Below are positions 25,581 through 37,299 of a DNA stretch of 64,000 nt, in pieces. Position 1 is the first letter of the stretch, and every line of letters begins with the position of its first letter. The position numbers and the translations under genes were made by a program. A model generated the notes under the pieces. It was given only the letters and a program-made list of their open reading frames with translations. It did no database searches and had not been told where the DNA came from. The DNA is from Paraphysomonas bandaiensis (taxonomy: Eukaryota; Protista; Chrysophyceae), in the NCBI GenBank assembly GCA_965644295.1, contig CBFFRP010000080.1, positions 62,001 through 126,000 on the forward strand. The letters run 5' to 3'.

Positions 25581-28500
25581 TTAACCTCTTCGGGGTCGCT
25601 TCTTCTGCTGCTCCTCAACTCTGGTTGACACACTTCTCTTAACCCCGGTAATAGTTTTCTCATGACGACTGAAAAGTTTCGTTGACAATGCCTTCGTGAA
25701 AATATCAGCCGCCATATCATCCGTCGACACATGAATCAACTTTGCCGTAGGAAATTTTCCATTTACATGCTCTCTCACCCAGTGATACTTGATGTCTATA
25801 TGCTTCGACCTCTTATGATACACAGGATTCTCGGAGAGATCTTTCGCACTCTTGCTATCCATAAAGAATGGAGTCGGCTTCGCAACTAAGAGCCCGAGCT
25901 CCTTGAACACCCCCCGAAGCCACACCAGTTCTTGCATAGCCGCATACTCCGCCATATATTCAGATTCCATGCTCGAAGTTGCAACTGTGGTCTGTAGTTT
26001 AGACTGCCAGGCCAATGCGCCTGCACATAAGAACACAATGTATCCTGTTGTCGATCGCCGAGTCAGTCTATCACCAGCCCAATCTGAATCACTGAACACA
26101 TGTAAGTCGAACTCACTCCCACTGAATCTGATGCCCTCATCAATTGTTCCACGCAAATATTTCAATAAGTGAATCGCCAGTTTGCACGATGCATATGTCG
26201 GACAACTACTAAATCGAGACAATAACCCCACTGCATAAGCCAGATCAGGTCTAGTATGCATTGCTAGATACAACACTGCTCCAATAATTTGCCGATACGG
26301 AAATGAGTCAACCCACTGCTTCTGCTCCTCCGTAAGTTCACGTTCCTCTGCCAACAGATCCTGAACATTAGTAGGTAGTGGGGCCTCCTTATTCTTACTA
26401 CTCTTTCCCATAACTGAGCTGAATTTCTTGATAATATTCTTAGCATACTCAGATTGATCTAACATATACCAATTTTCTCCTCTGGTTATCCTGATGTTCA
26501 GAAATCGCTTACACACTCCCAGATCATGCATCTCGAATGTTTCACAGAACCTACGCTTTACGCTTTCCAAGTAAGTCAGATCAGCGGATGCAATTATGAT
26601 ATCATCAACATATATCAATAATAAATGCAGTTTTCCGTTACTCCATCGCATATACAAACACGTATCCAAAATACACGGAGTAAAATGCAATGATTTAATA
26701 AACTTGTCAATATGTTTATTCCACTGTCGCGGTGAAGATCGCAGTCCATACAATGCCTTGATTAGTTGAAAACACCATCCAGCTAGTAATTCCTCATCTG
26801 GTGGAGGTGCCATATACACGTCATCCTCCAGATCTGCATAGCAAAATGCGGATGATACATCTAATTGATGCACATGCATCTGTAACATAAACGCAATCGC
26901 TAACACTAGTCTAATGGTTATACCCTTAACCTCCTCCTTCTTCTCTTGGAGATTTCCTAATGCCACTAGCCGAGCCTTGTACTTTACTATATTCCCTAGT
27001 ATGTCTCGCTTCACCGTATGCACATATTTCGCTCTAACTAATTTCACTCCGCTTGGAATTTTCACGATCTTCAAGACACGTCTTTTCAGCAATGATGTCT
27101 TCTCCACCATTCGAGCTTTTCTCCATTGTTGATACTGTGGAGATCTCTCTGCCTCGGCATATGAATTTGGTATCTTGATATCTTCTGTCTCTGCATGGTT
27201 AAGATCAATATTATGCGCATCCGGTACTTCAACCATATTAATCTCTCCTAAAACTGACGCGTTTGCCAGTCTCCGCTGCAGCCGTTTGCGTCGGACCCGA
27301 CCATCACCATCTAGTTCAATCGGTCGACGAGGTATATAAGAACCCGTACCTTGCTCATCCTGAGCACGCACATCGTGCGTTGTGGGAGGAGCCCCGCTCA
27401 CAACCCCAGACTCATAGTCTTCAGAGGTCTGCAACCTCACAGCTGTCTCCTGACAGGTTGGGTCAGGACTCTCCTGTAACCCTCCAGGTCTTCCCTGGTC
27501 CAGCACCCTGGCTGGCATAGTACTCAGGGCGTCCCCCTTTCCTATATATCCGGTATTCCCGGGAGTTTCTGCAGTCATTCGCACTACGTCCTCGACGTGA
27601 ATCGGCACCCGGTGCTCGATATGCTTCCGACCTGCAGTTACCAGAGATCGATAGGCTACTATTACCCCCTTTCGTTCTACTACTCTCGTGGTCTTGTAGA
27701 GAAGACCATCCTCATCATCAATATGATATGTACCTTCTAAGCCCGCATAGTCAGACACAATTTTCGGTCTCTCGGCCTCCTTCACTCGAAGAGCATCTAT
27801 CTCAGCGAAATAGCTCTCCGAGCGTGACGGTATGGACTCATCAGTTAATACATGTACCGACGTGACGACCCTATCAGTCGCAGGTAGATATACATCATAT
27901 CCTACCTTTTCATCTGAATATCCTATCAGATATCCGATAAGGGCCTTGTCGTCCCAGTCTTTCCGTCGATCCGCCTTTGTAGTGAGGACATACGCACGAC
28001 ACCCCCATACTCTGAGATATTTCAGGTTGGGAGCCTCACCAGTCAAAAATTCAAGAGGGGACATATACCCCTTCGCTGTCTTTGTAGGCAATCGAATTAA
28101 TATGTACCTGGCTGCCATGTAGGCATCTAGCCAAAACTGTGAAGGCAATCCTGACTGAATCAGCATCGCTAATGTCATCTCACCACAGGTCCTGAATTTC
28201 CGCTCCTCAATCGCGTTCATCTCAGGAGAGTCCGTAGAGCTCCACGTATGTTGATAGCAACCCTGTGACCTAAGATATTGTCGCAGCTCATCACATATTA
28301 GCTCCCCTGCTCCATCTGCATGGTAATGATGCATTTCTAATTTGTACCTTTTCACATCTCCTTCAAAAATCTTCTTGAAAACCTGCAGTACCGATGACCC
28401 AGTCCTATGAACAAGCCCTTCCGACCAGAACATCCGACTGGCATGGTGTGTTAGTTTGAGCACATATATTTCCCCTCCTCGAGCTGGACAATTTAAGTAT

Positions 28501-30269
28501 ACTGCTATATCGGCCGAGAAATTTGGACGAACGGAGTCCTCATCCTTTGTCCGAAAACTTACTCTGGTGATCTTCGCCCTGGCGCATACATCACATAGAC
28601 ACTGTTCTTTGGAAACACGTTTCGAGAGATGTTTTCGTTTCAGTCCAGTCCCAATAATTAGCATTCTTTTGTGGGCTTCTACCAACGCATGCTTGTTAAA
28701 ATGACCCGCTCTCCTATGTAACAGCTCCAGTTCATCCTCACCCGTACGGTCACTGAGATTTACTTCTGAATCACTGGATGTCGATACGTCTGGAAGCTCC
28801 AATAACTGCTGTGTTGGCACAGCAGTCATTCCATTCTTCATAGGTCCCTCCAACACCAGCTCATCCGTATTTCTGTCATATATCTGTATACCATACCATA
28901 CAGTAAATCGATATCCCATATCGTTCAACTTCCGTCCAGAACAAAGACACCGATTTATCTGACTTGATACCTCAATGTTCTTCCATGCTCCACGGGAACC
29001 TACACTCGTGACGCATATCTCTGACCCTTTTTTCGAACCATTAATAACCTTTGATGTGTGCATATGACTATCAAGTATATTCACATCATTTATCAAAAAC
29101 ATTGATGACGAACAACAGGTATCAATGTATGTATAGTGAATATCCTCATGCACACTACTGCATATATTCGTCTCATACACATTACATGACAAGTGATACT
29201 CTTCCTGTTGCTCGATCATATTTGCTTCGTCTTCGTCAGACAAATCCGCTGGCTCTCCACGCCTGATGTTTTCAACTGTAAGTAGTCTTTTGTCTGGTTT
29301 CCTTCCATCTTGAAACCTCACAGCCTTGCTCTTGCTTTGCGAGTACTTCTTTTTCGATGCTGGACAATCGATGGCAAGATGTTCCTTTGACTTACAATTT
29401 CTGCACCCAGTATATTCGGCACTTCCAGGTCGCTGCCCTGTAATCTCTGTATCCTTCTTCATCGGCTTCTTCTTACCGTTGTTCTTCTTACGATGATCCC
29501 TCTCTCTGCGATATCGTTTCTTACTGTCTATCAGGTTCAGCTCCTCCACTCTTTTACGCTTCTTCTCCAACGCTTCCTTCCCAGCCATAGTATCATCATA
29601 GCCTTCTATCTTACGTGATACAGTTACATAATTAACATCATCATCCATCAAGTATAATCCAACTCTCAGTTGAGCATACTCTTCATTGAGCAAGCCTTCT
29701 CGTAGTCGACTTGTTTTTGATACCTCCGAGATATCCTGCTGCTGCTCCTGTAGTTCCTTCAGCAGTAGTTCGAACCGTAGTACGTAGTCCTTCGCCGTCT
29801 CCTCCGGACGCATACGGAAAGAACCATATTGAGTTAAGAGGTCACTGATCCTATTTTGCTTCCCTCCAGCAAAACACTTCTTCAACTCATCAATCATTAC
29901 ATGTGTTTTGAACCTGTTTACACCACTCCCTTCTGCCTTGAACGCTTTGTGGGTAAGATGGAATTTACGCAGCGCTTTCGGGGAATGCTGCACCGCATCC
30001 CTGCAGTAAGAATAAGCTATGGCGTTCGCCTTCCAATACCTCTTCACAGCCTGTCTGTACGCCTTCTCCTCCATCAACGTAAGTGGCTGCTCCCCGAAGT
30101 CGCTCTCCTTAGGTGGCAGTTCCACCGCTACCTCGCTTTGTTCCTTCCTCATAAGGAATGTCTCGAAGTCCTCAATCCATTGTTCAACGTTAGTCTCGTT
30201 GAACTGAGGAACTACTCCTCTATCCTCCTTCTCTCCTCCTCGCTCGCTACCATGTTGGGAAATGCTCAT
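25581..30269 (-). CDS. Copia gag-pol polyprotein (Gag, CCHC, protease, integrase, RT, RNase H)
   Basis: CRNCKSKEHLAIDC knuckle, YIDTCCS protease, LHRRAGH..CDVC, DGAGE..EERKFR, KARLVA, QLDVSSAF, LYGL, IYVDD, SDSDWAG, KHIDIKYHWVRE. The INT-before-RT order is that of Copia. Confidence 0.96.
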   Translation of the reverse strand: MSISQHGSERGGEKEDRGVVPQFNETNVEQWIEDFETFLMRKEQSEVAVELPPKESDFGEQPLTLMEEKAYRQAVKRYWKANAIAYSYCRDAVQHSPKALRKFHLTHKAFKAEGSGVNRFKTHVMIDELKKCFAGGKQNRISDLLTQYGSFRMRPEETAKDYVLRFELLLKELQEQQQDISEVSKTSRLREGLLNEEYAQLRVGLYLMDDDVNYVTVSRKIEGYDDTMAGKEALEKKRKRVEELNLIDSKKRYRRERDHRKKNNGKKKPMKKDTEITGQRPGSAEYTGCRNCKSKEHLAIDCPASKKKYSQSKSKAVRFQDGRKPDKRLLTVENIRRGEPADLSDEDEANMIEQQEEYHLSCNVYETNICSSVHEDIHYTYIDTCCSSSMFLINDVNILDSHMHTSKVINGSKKGSEICVTSVGSRGAWKNIEVSSQINRCLCSGRKLNDMGYRFTVWYGIQIYDRNTDELVLEGPMKNGMTAVPTQQLLELPDVSTSSDSEVNLSDRTGEDELELLHRRAGHFNKHALVEAHKRMLIIGTGLKRKHLSKRVSKEQCLCDVCARAKITRVSFRTKDEDSVRPNFSADIAVYLNCPARGGEIYVLKLTHHASRMFWSEGLVHRTGSSVLQVFKKIFEGDVKRYKLEMHHYHADGAGELICDELRQYLRSQGCYQHTWSSTDSPEMNAIEERKFRTCGEMTLAMLIQSGLPSQFWLDAYMAARYILIRLPTKTAKGYMSPLEFLTGEAPNLKYLRVWGCRAYVLTTKADRRKDWDDKALIGYLIGYSDEKVGYDVYLPATDRVVTSVHVLTDESIPSRSESYFAEIDALRVKEAERPKIVSDYAGLEGTYHIDDEDGLLYKTTRVVERKGVIVAYRSLVTAGRKHIEHRVPIHVEDVVRMTAETPGNTGYIGKGDALSTMPARVLDQGRPGGLQESPDPTCQETAVRLQTSEDYESGVVSGAPPTTHDVRAQDEQGTGSYIPRRPIELDGDGRVRRKRLQRRLANASVLGEINMVEVPDAHNIDLNHAETEDIKIPNSYAEAERSPQYQQWRKARMVEKTSLLKRRVLKIVKIPSGVKLVRAKYVHTVKRDILGNIVKYKARLVALGNLQEKKEEVKGITIRLVLAIAFMLQMHVHQLDVSSAFCYADLEDDVYMAPPPDEELLAGWCFQLIKALYGLRSSPRQWNKHIDKFIKSLHFTPCILDTCLYMRWSNGKLHLLLIYVDDIIIASADLTYLESVKRRFCETFEMHDLGVCKRFLNIRITRGENWYMLDQSEYAKNIIKKFSSVMGKSSKNKEAPLPTNVQDLLAEERELTEEQKQWVDSFPYRQIIGAVLYLAMHTRPDLAYAVGLLSRFSSCPTYASCKLAIHLLKYLRGTIDEGIRFSGSEFDLHVFSDSDWAGDRLTRRSTTGYIVFLCAGALAWQSKLQTTVATSSMESEYMAEYAAMQELVWLRGVFKELGLLVAKPTPFFMDSKSAKDLSENPVYHKRSKHIDIKYHWVREHVNGKFPTAKLIHVSTDDMAADIFTKALSTKLFSRHEKTITGVKRSVSTRVEEQQKKRPRRG

Positions 30270-30545
30270 TTTACTTAGATCAAAGAGAGATTAAGTTGTT
30301 AGACTAGATAGATTTATTAATATCGTTTACACGAATTGTGTTAAACAACACAAGCTCGTTTTGTGCCATGCATAAATCACTACTTCTGTAGACCTTTCGC
30401 TACTAAACATATCTTGAAAGAGCAAACTATTTCAGTTTTCTCAATATCATAACAGCATCTACACATCACCATACTTCACTGTATTCTCGTACATTGTCTT
30501 CAAGTACCACATTGAATATACTAGGATACAGTCCATATTCTAATA
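30253..30545 (-). repeat. Copia 5' LTR (293 bp)
   Basis: Direct repeat of 25115-25407, followed on the minus strand by the PBS. Confidence 0.97.
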
Positions 30546-31289
30546 AGTGATATATTAATTGAAGCGGTATGCAACACTGTGGACGATCTGACCATCTGTC
30601 TGTGACTTATGTATTCGTTTTGATCTTTTCATCTTATGCATTAATCAGGCTATCTAATTAAGTGTTGCCATTTTTGTAGCGCATAATAAGTATTTGTTAG
30701 ATATTGCTAACTAATATATTTTGTTTACAACCTCATTTGAAGCAAAAACTGTACTGTGTGGGTAGTAGGTACAATAATAGTATATATAAAAATGATAGTT
30801 GCATTATTGTAATTATTATTGGTAAATAGTGTTGCCTATCAATTGGCTGAGTAAATACTATGTCATTTTAAGCTGTGTAGCTATACATGTTTTTACTTAT
30901 AGATATTGGGCATATCTGTTAGCAAAATAAGTGAACTTATATATATATGTGCACTGTCTGTACAGTCATTTTTTATGACTATTAACCATAATAACATGAC
31001 AGTATACGACAGTATAAGGGTCAATGTACGGAAGAGTAATAATATGTCATCTGATAAAAGGTTAAAGTATAAGCCAGCGCTAGAAATGAATACTATTTTA
31101 ATAGGAAATTGATTGTACTACTACCAATAATCAGATGCGTGGTAAATATTTGTCTGATGAATACACCTCTTACCAATTAAATGCCAATTCATAGTTTTGC
31201 GAGCCTGATATTATCTACTATACAGATGGCTCTATTCATTTACCTACTCATGCTTTTACACATGAATCGTCGCCTCTGGAATAAAATTA

Positions 31290-31525
31290 CTGTTGAGAAA
31301 CACGCGCCAGTGAGTCCTAAGACACACAAACAACATTAAGAAGGAAGTGGTTGCACCTTGGTGCTTGCGGCGACGCACAAGCAGCTTCTGTAGCGCTAAA
31401 TAGTAGAATAATAGAATTTGTGCTGATTAGTTATGGGTAGAGGTCTAACTAGTAGATCTAGCATTCAACTAGCCACTATATCGGAACGAGATTTTAACGC
31501 CTATTGCTAAATAAAAAGACTTTCT
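31290..31525 (+). mobile_element. Severely 5'-truncated copy of the SET-LINE family (ORF end plus 3' UTR)
   Basis: gcgccagtgagtcc matches the LINE stop region gcgccggtgagtcc. ggaagtggttgcaccttggtgcttgcggcgacgcacaagcagctt is identical to 10395-10439, and similarity continues to acgcctattgctaaataa. Confidence 0.85.
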
Positions 31526-32059
31526 ATATAAGCTATATGTTGGTAGCTAAGGTATAGTTACTTGGGTAAGTACTTTAGTAGCAATTTACTGAGACAGCGA
31601 AAAGTACTTGCAATAATAATTGACTAGAGTATGTGCTAATTACTTGAAATTCAATTAATTTTTACGTCTCCTTAACACTCACATAAAACGACGACGTAAA
31701 TTAGAAAATATTTTCTCTTTTTCTCTTTGATTTTACTTCACTTCTTTAGACGATCTCTGCAAACTGGGTTATGCTAAAAGAAATGAAGATATTCTACTTT
31801 TGATTTGGTTTAGTTGTCGTTGTGTATGTAAATAATGCTGACCTGAAGGTAAGTTTTTTTCTTATCTTATTGCTAAAGAATAGGAATGAGGTAGAAGCGT
31901 GGGAGATTATATGTTTAAGGGAAACGGAATAATAGATGAGAACAAACATAATTTACATCTATTTCATTAATTAATGTCGTGTGTGTTATAACATCTCGGC
32001 CTTTCGAGGATGTTACCTATACATAAAAATGGAAGTGGTATGAGGTCAATTAGTACCTG

Positions 32060-32525
32060 ATATGCAAAGAATGAAAGATAGCAACAATTATTCATACATG
32101 ATTGGATACTACCAGCGGAGACTCCACGATGCCAACTCCGTCAGAACTTTTTCTATCCCAGGCCCAACTCATTCAAAGGCACACTGGAGCTTCAATATAC
32201 CCCCTCGCCCATATGTATCTTAGTTGTTATGAACACTTGACTCACTGATACAGAATCCTCTTCCACAAAGTCCTGCGGAGCCCTACCCCAAGGGAAATCT
32301 CCTGACTAATCCCTTCTTCACCTCAAGGACTCACGTCCATAGAGGGCTTCTCCCTCACATACAAGAACGGAAGTGGTCGCACATGCAGCTTCTGTAGTAG
32401 TATATATGAGGATTTGTGCTAGTTAGTTCCAAGAAGTAGCGGTCGGTTTAGCTTCACTAGTCTTCATCTAACAACGTATCTGGTGTTGGTTTTTGACGCC
32501 TACTGCTAATAGAGTAAAACATTTA
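32060..32525 (+). mobile_element. Diverged 3' remnant of a related LINE
   Basis: C/A-rich tract ending in GKSPD* (compare the LINE's GRPPD), then aagaacggaagtggtcgcac..gcagcttctgtag..gacgcctactgctaa, which resembles the LINE 3' UTR. Confidence 0.6.
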
Positions 32526-33238
32526 TACCTTTCAAATAACCAAACTATTCACAAAATAACCTTTTAAAATAAAGAAATCACAGCGAAAATATAAACATCC
32601 GCTACAAGTTACTACGTGTAGTGACAAATAAAGCATTCAGTGATCAGTGACCACTTTAGATATTAAATATAACATGTGGATTGTTCGGTAGAGCGGATCT
32701 GATTTACGACAGCGAAGCATAAATTATTTTTGATCGTAATCAATGCTCCTGTTTATTGGTGATATGCGTAGCTTACTGAAATTCACAAATATTTTTTGTT
32801 TTCTGACCGCAGCGTATTAAAAATAATTAATCATTCGAGATACTTAGTGCCCATTAATGTTATTGTTGCAGGGGAAAGTATAATATTCAATGAAGACAGG
32901 ATGTATCTACGCCAATGGGAGGTCAGAGAAAGGCATTAGAAGAATGTACCTTTACACTTTAGTGAGATCGATAGTACGTATACATTACATTGCCAGAAAA
33001 ATTCTTAGGAGCGTATAATTACCATAGAATGATTCAGTTAAATAAAACAAGATATTTGGGTGACATAAACGCATTTATTCATTGTGAATTTCTGAATATA
33101 CACTGATATTAACGCATCAAACTCAATATCCCAGGACCAAACTACTTCCACACATAAACACAATAATGATAATAAATTTTTATACCCTACAATCTTCAAA
33201 TAAGATTAGTAATGTTTTCATTCACTTCTGAGCATTCT

Positions 33239-34250
33239 CTACGAGTCTGAGTATTCGTTTCCAACAGGCAATATACTCTGGTTAATGTCGTTTTCTCGCT
33301 TTCTTTCGCCGAAAACAACATACCTCACAGCAAATGCACCCACAACTACTGCCAGTATGCATCCCACAACCACAACTGATAAGCCCGCTGTGCCCAGCCC
33401 ACCATAACTTTCGACATCATCGTCATTATTAGAGTGTGAGCCAGACGTGGCGAGGACACCCGGTATGTTGTCGACTCCACCACAGTCAGCATAGTAATAG
33501 TAATTCGATGGATCCGGGTCAATGTACCCCATATCTATTAACTCATAGAATTTCGAAATAATAGGACTATCACTTCGTGGCTCATCCGGTAGGTCAAAAT
33601 TATCCGGTATCTGAGCGCAGTTATCCAGTTGGAGCTGTTCTTGCAAGACAGGATCGGTGTCACATTCCAAGGTGTTGTTGTAGGCGGCTATATTCAGCTC
33701 ATTCTCACTACAAGAAATTTGAGTGCTGTACTGATATCCAAAGAGATCGATCGATGTACAGTCAGGTTTGGCTGCGATGACAACACTGGGAGTGGAGCAA
33801 GTAGGCTCGTCTATGTACAAACCCACAGCCGGCCAATTCTCAGACTCTGCAATAGGTGTCTCTTGGCAACTAATTGATGTGCCATTGAAACAACCTGTTG
33901 GTAGATCGTCAATCGGATAAGTGGTCGAGGAACCCGTACAATCCGATTGCGTATACATATTCACTGTGATTGTCAGAGTATCCTCGTTGGAGGAACACGA
34001 TGATATCTCGTAACTTCGAAATATCGGAAATGTTCGAGGAGTTTTAAGACATACACCAGTCTGATACAAAATACAGTGACTACAGGGCAGTGATATGACT
34101 CGGAGTGGGGTATACCTGCTTCATCACAGAGATCTGAATCTGATCAGCTGAACACTGCGCATCAGAGGACATGTCAATCGTAACCCAATCCGCATATACG
34201 ATGGTCAGTAGATACAAAAGAGATAACTGAAGAAGCATTGTCGCTCTCAT
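33239..34250 (-). CDS. Cys-rich type I membrane protein of unknown function, one intron near 34062-34116
   Basis: Signal-peptide-like exon 1 (MRATMLLQLSLLYLLTIVYA), Cys-spaced acidic ectodomain, a single TM segment (LSVVVVGCILAVVVGAFAV) and a short tail. Confidence 0.7.
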
Positions 34251-34681
34251 TATTTCAAGGAGATAGTAATATTTCGAATGAGTTTATCGAACTATGAGGA
34301 GTGCAGCATACACTCACAGGCAGGCTGTGTGTACATCCACCTCGCTCAGCTCACACAGATATGGTGCTGTATATTCGTCTCGGTACTCCATGTATCTGTA
34401 TCTGAGGTGTCTTCGTAGATATCTAGATGGTTGGTGCTTCCATATCTCAGTATACTGCAGAGTACAGCACAACAATACAATATATACTGTACCACATACA
34501 GCAGTACATGGAATATGCAGAGCAGCAGGAGTATGGTATACTCTGTATACAGTAGCTCCCATAGAGTGTGTGCGGAACTCCCACACACACTCTGCACATG
34601 CAATCGGCCGATCAGATCAGATCAGACTTAGCCAGCACAACTGAAGTGTTCGTTACTCTCCTGGACGGTAACAGTAATAAC

Positions 34682-36157
34682 ATGAAGATCAACCCCAATG
34701 CAGGTGAGTTGCTGTTGTTGTGCGTGTAGTGCTCTGAGGTGTCTGTCGTGTGTATGTGCAGTCAAATCGGAGATTCGAGCAGCGCTGATTAATAATAAAG
34801 TGAATGCGTGCCCGATGGTACTGAGGCGATATCGTGTGGAGCTATTGCTTATGTGCTGTCTGTAGGCTATGAGGGTTGCATGGCACTCTTCCGGGACGTA
34901 TGACAAGAACTCCAATACAGGCGGCTCTGATGGCGGGACTATGCGATTTGCAGCCGAGGCTAACGATGAGGCGAATGCTGGCCTGTCCATCATTCGGGAC
35001 ATGCTTCACCCAGTTCAGGCTAACAACCCTGGCATTTCTGCTGCTGATCTATGGACAGCAGCAGGTGCAGCTGCTGTATCGTTTTCTGGTGGACCTGAGA
35101 TCCCGCACAAATATGGTCGCACTGACACAGATGACCCTTCTAAGTGTCCAAGAAATGGGCTTCTCCCCGATGCCTCACAGGGCGCCGACCATTTGCGAGA
35201 CGTATTTTACCGGATGGGGTTCGACGATCGGGAAATTGTAGCTTTGTCTGGGGGGCACACACTTGGCCGTGGACATTACACTAGATCAGGGTATGATGGC
35301 CCTTGGACTCATACTCCTCTAACATTCAACAACGAATATTTCAAAAACTTGATGAACCTTGAGTGGCGACCGAGGAAATGGAAGGGTAAGTTTCAGTACG
35401 AGGATGTACAATCTGGTCGACTGATGATGCTGCCAACTGATATGGCTCTACGAAACGACCCGGTCTTCAGCAAGTACGCCCGCCGCTATGCTGATGATGA
35501 ACAGGAGTTCTTTCGAGATTTCAGCGCAGCGTACGCGAAACTTCTTTCTCTTGGGTGTCCTTCTGCTTGTCAGCCCACCAGTGCCCCAACGAAAACGCCG
35601 TCCAGTGGAGGTGATGGCAACACTTTGTCCCGGGAGGAGGCGAGCGCAGAGTTCAGAGAGTACGCAATGCATGGATCTCTGGAACGCGTGCAAGAGCTGA
35701 GCGAGAGGTCGGATGTTCACGAAGCGGAGGGGTATTCTGGCCGCACGGCACTGCATAAAGCTGCTTTTTGGGGCCACACCGATGTCGTAGAGTATTTGGT
35801 GGGGCTTGGATTAAATGTAAACGCCGTCGATTATAACGGAGACACCGCGTTACACGGTGCGCATTCTGTTGTCGATTTGTGTTTATACTGACTAAAGTTC
35901 TTTTCTTAGATGCGGCGCGATTTGCTCATGAGGGTGTAGTACGCACACTTGTTGCAACCCCCACTTGTGACCTCTTCTTGAAAAATAAAGATGGGCTCAC
36001 CCCGCTTGAAGTGGCACTAGAGTACTCCACTACAAGTACTGCCAATAAGCACGATATTGTGATTAAGGTGCTGGAAGATGCGGAACGACATCATGGTGGA
36101 AGTGGGAGCCCTATGACAGGACATACAGGCATGTCAACTCTACGTAGTCGTCTGTAG
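34682..36157 (+). CDS. Class I heme peroxidase (cytochrome c peroxidase/APX-like) fused to C-terminal ankyrin repeats, 4 exons
   Basis: RVAWHSSGTYD, SAADLW, LPDA..GADHLRDVFYRMGF, ALSGGHTLG, GPWT..FNNEYF, MLPTDMAL. The same ORF continues into GRTALHKAAFWGH, GDTALHDAARFAH and GLTPLEVA. Confidence 0.9.
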
Positions 36158-36375
36158 ATATGTTATACACCTTATATCTATTTCGAAATATGGCGTACTT
36201 TACTCTCGTACTTCTTTTGGGGTGAGGGGTTTTTAATACTACGTTGCATTGTTGAAAGCTCTTATTAGATTTAGGCTGCCTATCGGGGCTGCAAAAGAAT
36301 CAAGGGCGATTCCTTTGACACCCCATGTAATCAATTATTGCATACGTTTTATGATACAACTATTTTTAGTAACTG

Positions 36376-36845
36376 TAGTGAGTATTTAATTAGCAATAGA
36401 TGAGTAAGAGTCAGTGTTTAACTAGTGCTTAGCTCTGGTATCCTACTATTTAACGCTACGTAAGCTGCTTGTGCGTCACCGCAGGCACCAATGTGCAACC
36501 ACTTTCGCTCTATCACTCTCAAAGCAAACACAGCGAGCAAGTAGAATGTTGATATACCTGACATTTGCTGACTTCCGGATTTTGAGTCCTTAAAGTGAAC
36601 TCATTCCGGATGCTTGACTTCAGCAGGCAACCCAATACCCCGGATGCCCTTGGGGTGGACTCATTCCCCGATGGCTGCTGTCTATTCGTCCAGGACCAAA
36701 GATGTTAGTGTTCCTTGTACCACACATGCGTTTGGCTAAGAGTGGGCAGAACAATATCTGCTGACTATGTATATGCGGAGAAATATATCCGGCACTTATT
36801 CCCCAGAACATGACGAAAAGGTACGAGCCCGGCTTTGTTGAGGGA
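36376..36845 (-). mobile_element. Full-length ~470-bp non-autonomous SINE-like element with the SET-LINE 3' tail
   Basis: Tail gaaagtggttgcacattggtgcctgcggtgacgcacaagcagcttacgtagcgttaaatagtaggat is near-identical to the LINE 3' UTR and ends ..tcacta. Flanked by tttagtaactg (36365-36375) and tttattaactg (36846-36856). Confidence 0.85.
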
Positions 36846-37299
36846 TTTATTAACTGCAAGTCTATGCCAATGGATATGCAAAACCATTTATTTATGAACC
36901 CACTATTAAGTTACAACCAACTCCTACAACGTACTACTTGAAGCTTGCTGAAGTCTATCGCTAGTAGCTATCCTGTATTCAATGTAGCATTGAAATACAG
37001 AACTATAGACTACAATAGGAGTAGCTATTAAAAGTACACAATGAAACTGAAAATATATAATATAGTAGCTGTTAAAGATATGATTTGTAGAATAAACTTT
37101 GGTGATTGATGTGTTTTCACAATCACAGTGCTACAGCAACAATTTTGGCTACAAATTTTCTAATATTATTCAGACAGTTTTGTACTAGTACAAGTATAAT
37201 TCAACTCTCACCATTTTTGCTCTGATTTGGAGTTGATTTTAACTAGTATCTTTGCTAGATAATAATCGGCAAATATAGTTACCACCTCGTTAAAAAACG

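Larger units (their letters stand above)
25115..30545 (-). mobile_element. Ty1/Copia LTR retrotransposon, full length, very recent
   Basis: Two 293-bp LTRs (25115-25407, 30253-30545), identical by eye. 5-bp TSD AGTGA (25110-25114, 30546-30550). PBS TGGTAGCGAGC next to the 5' LTR. PPT GAGTGGGAG next to the 3' LTR. Confidence 0.97.

Noticed and set aside
25852-30278. Antisense ORFs over Copia (and similar ones over the LINE and host genes)
   Set aside because: Shadow frames of long coding sequences with no independent evidence.
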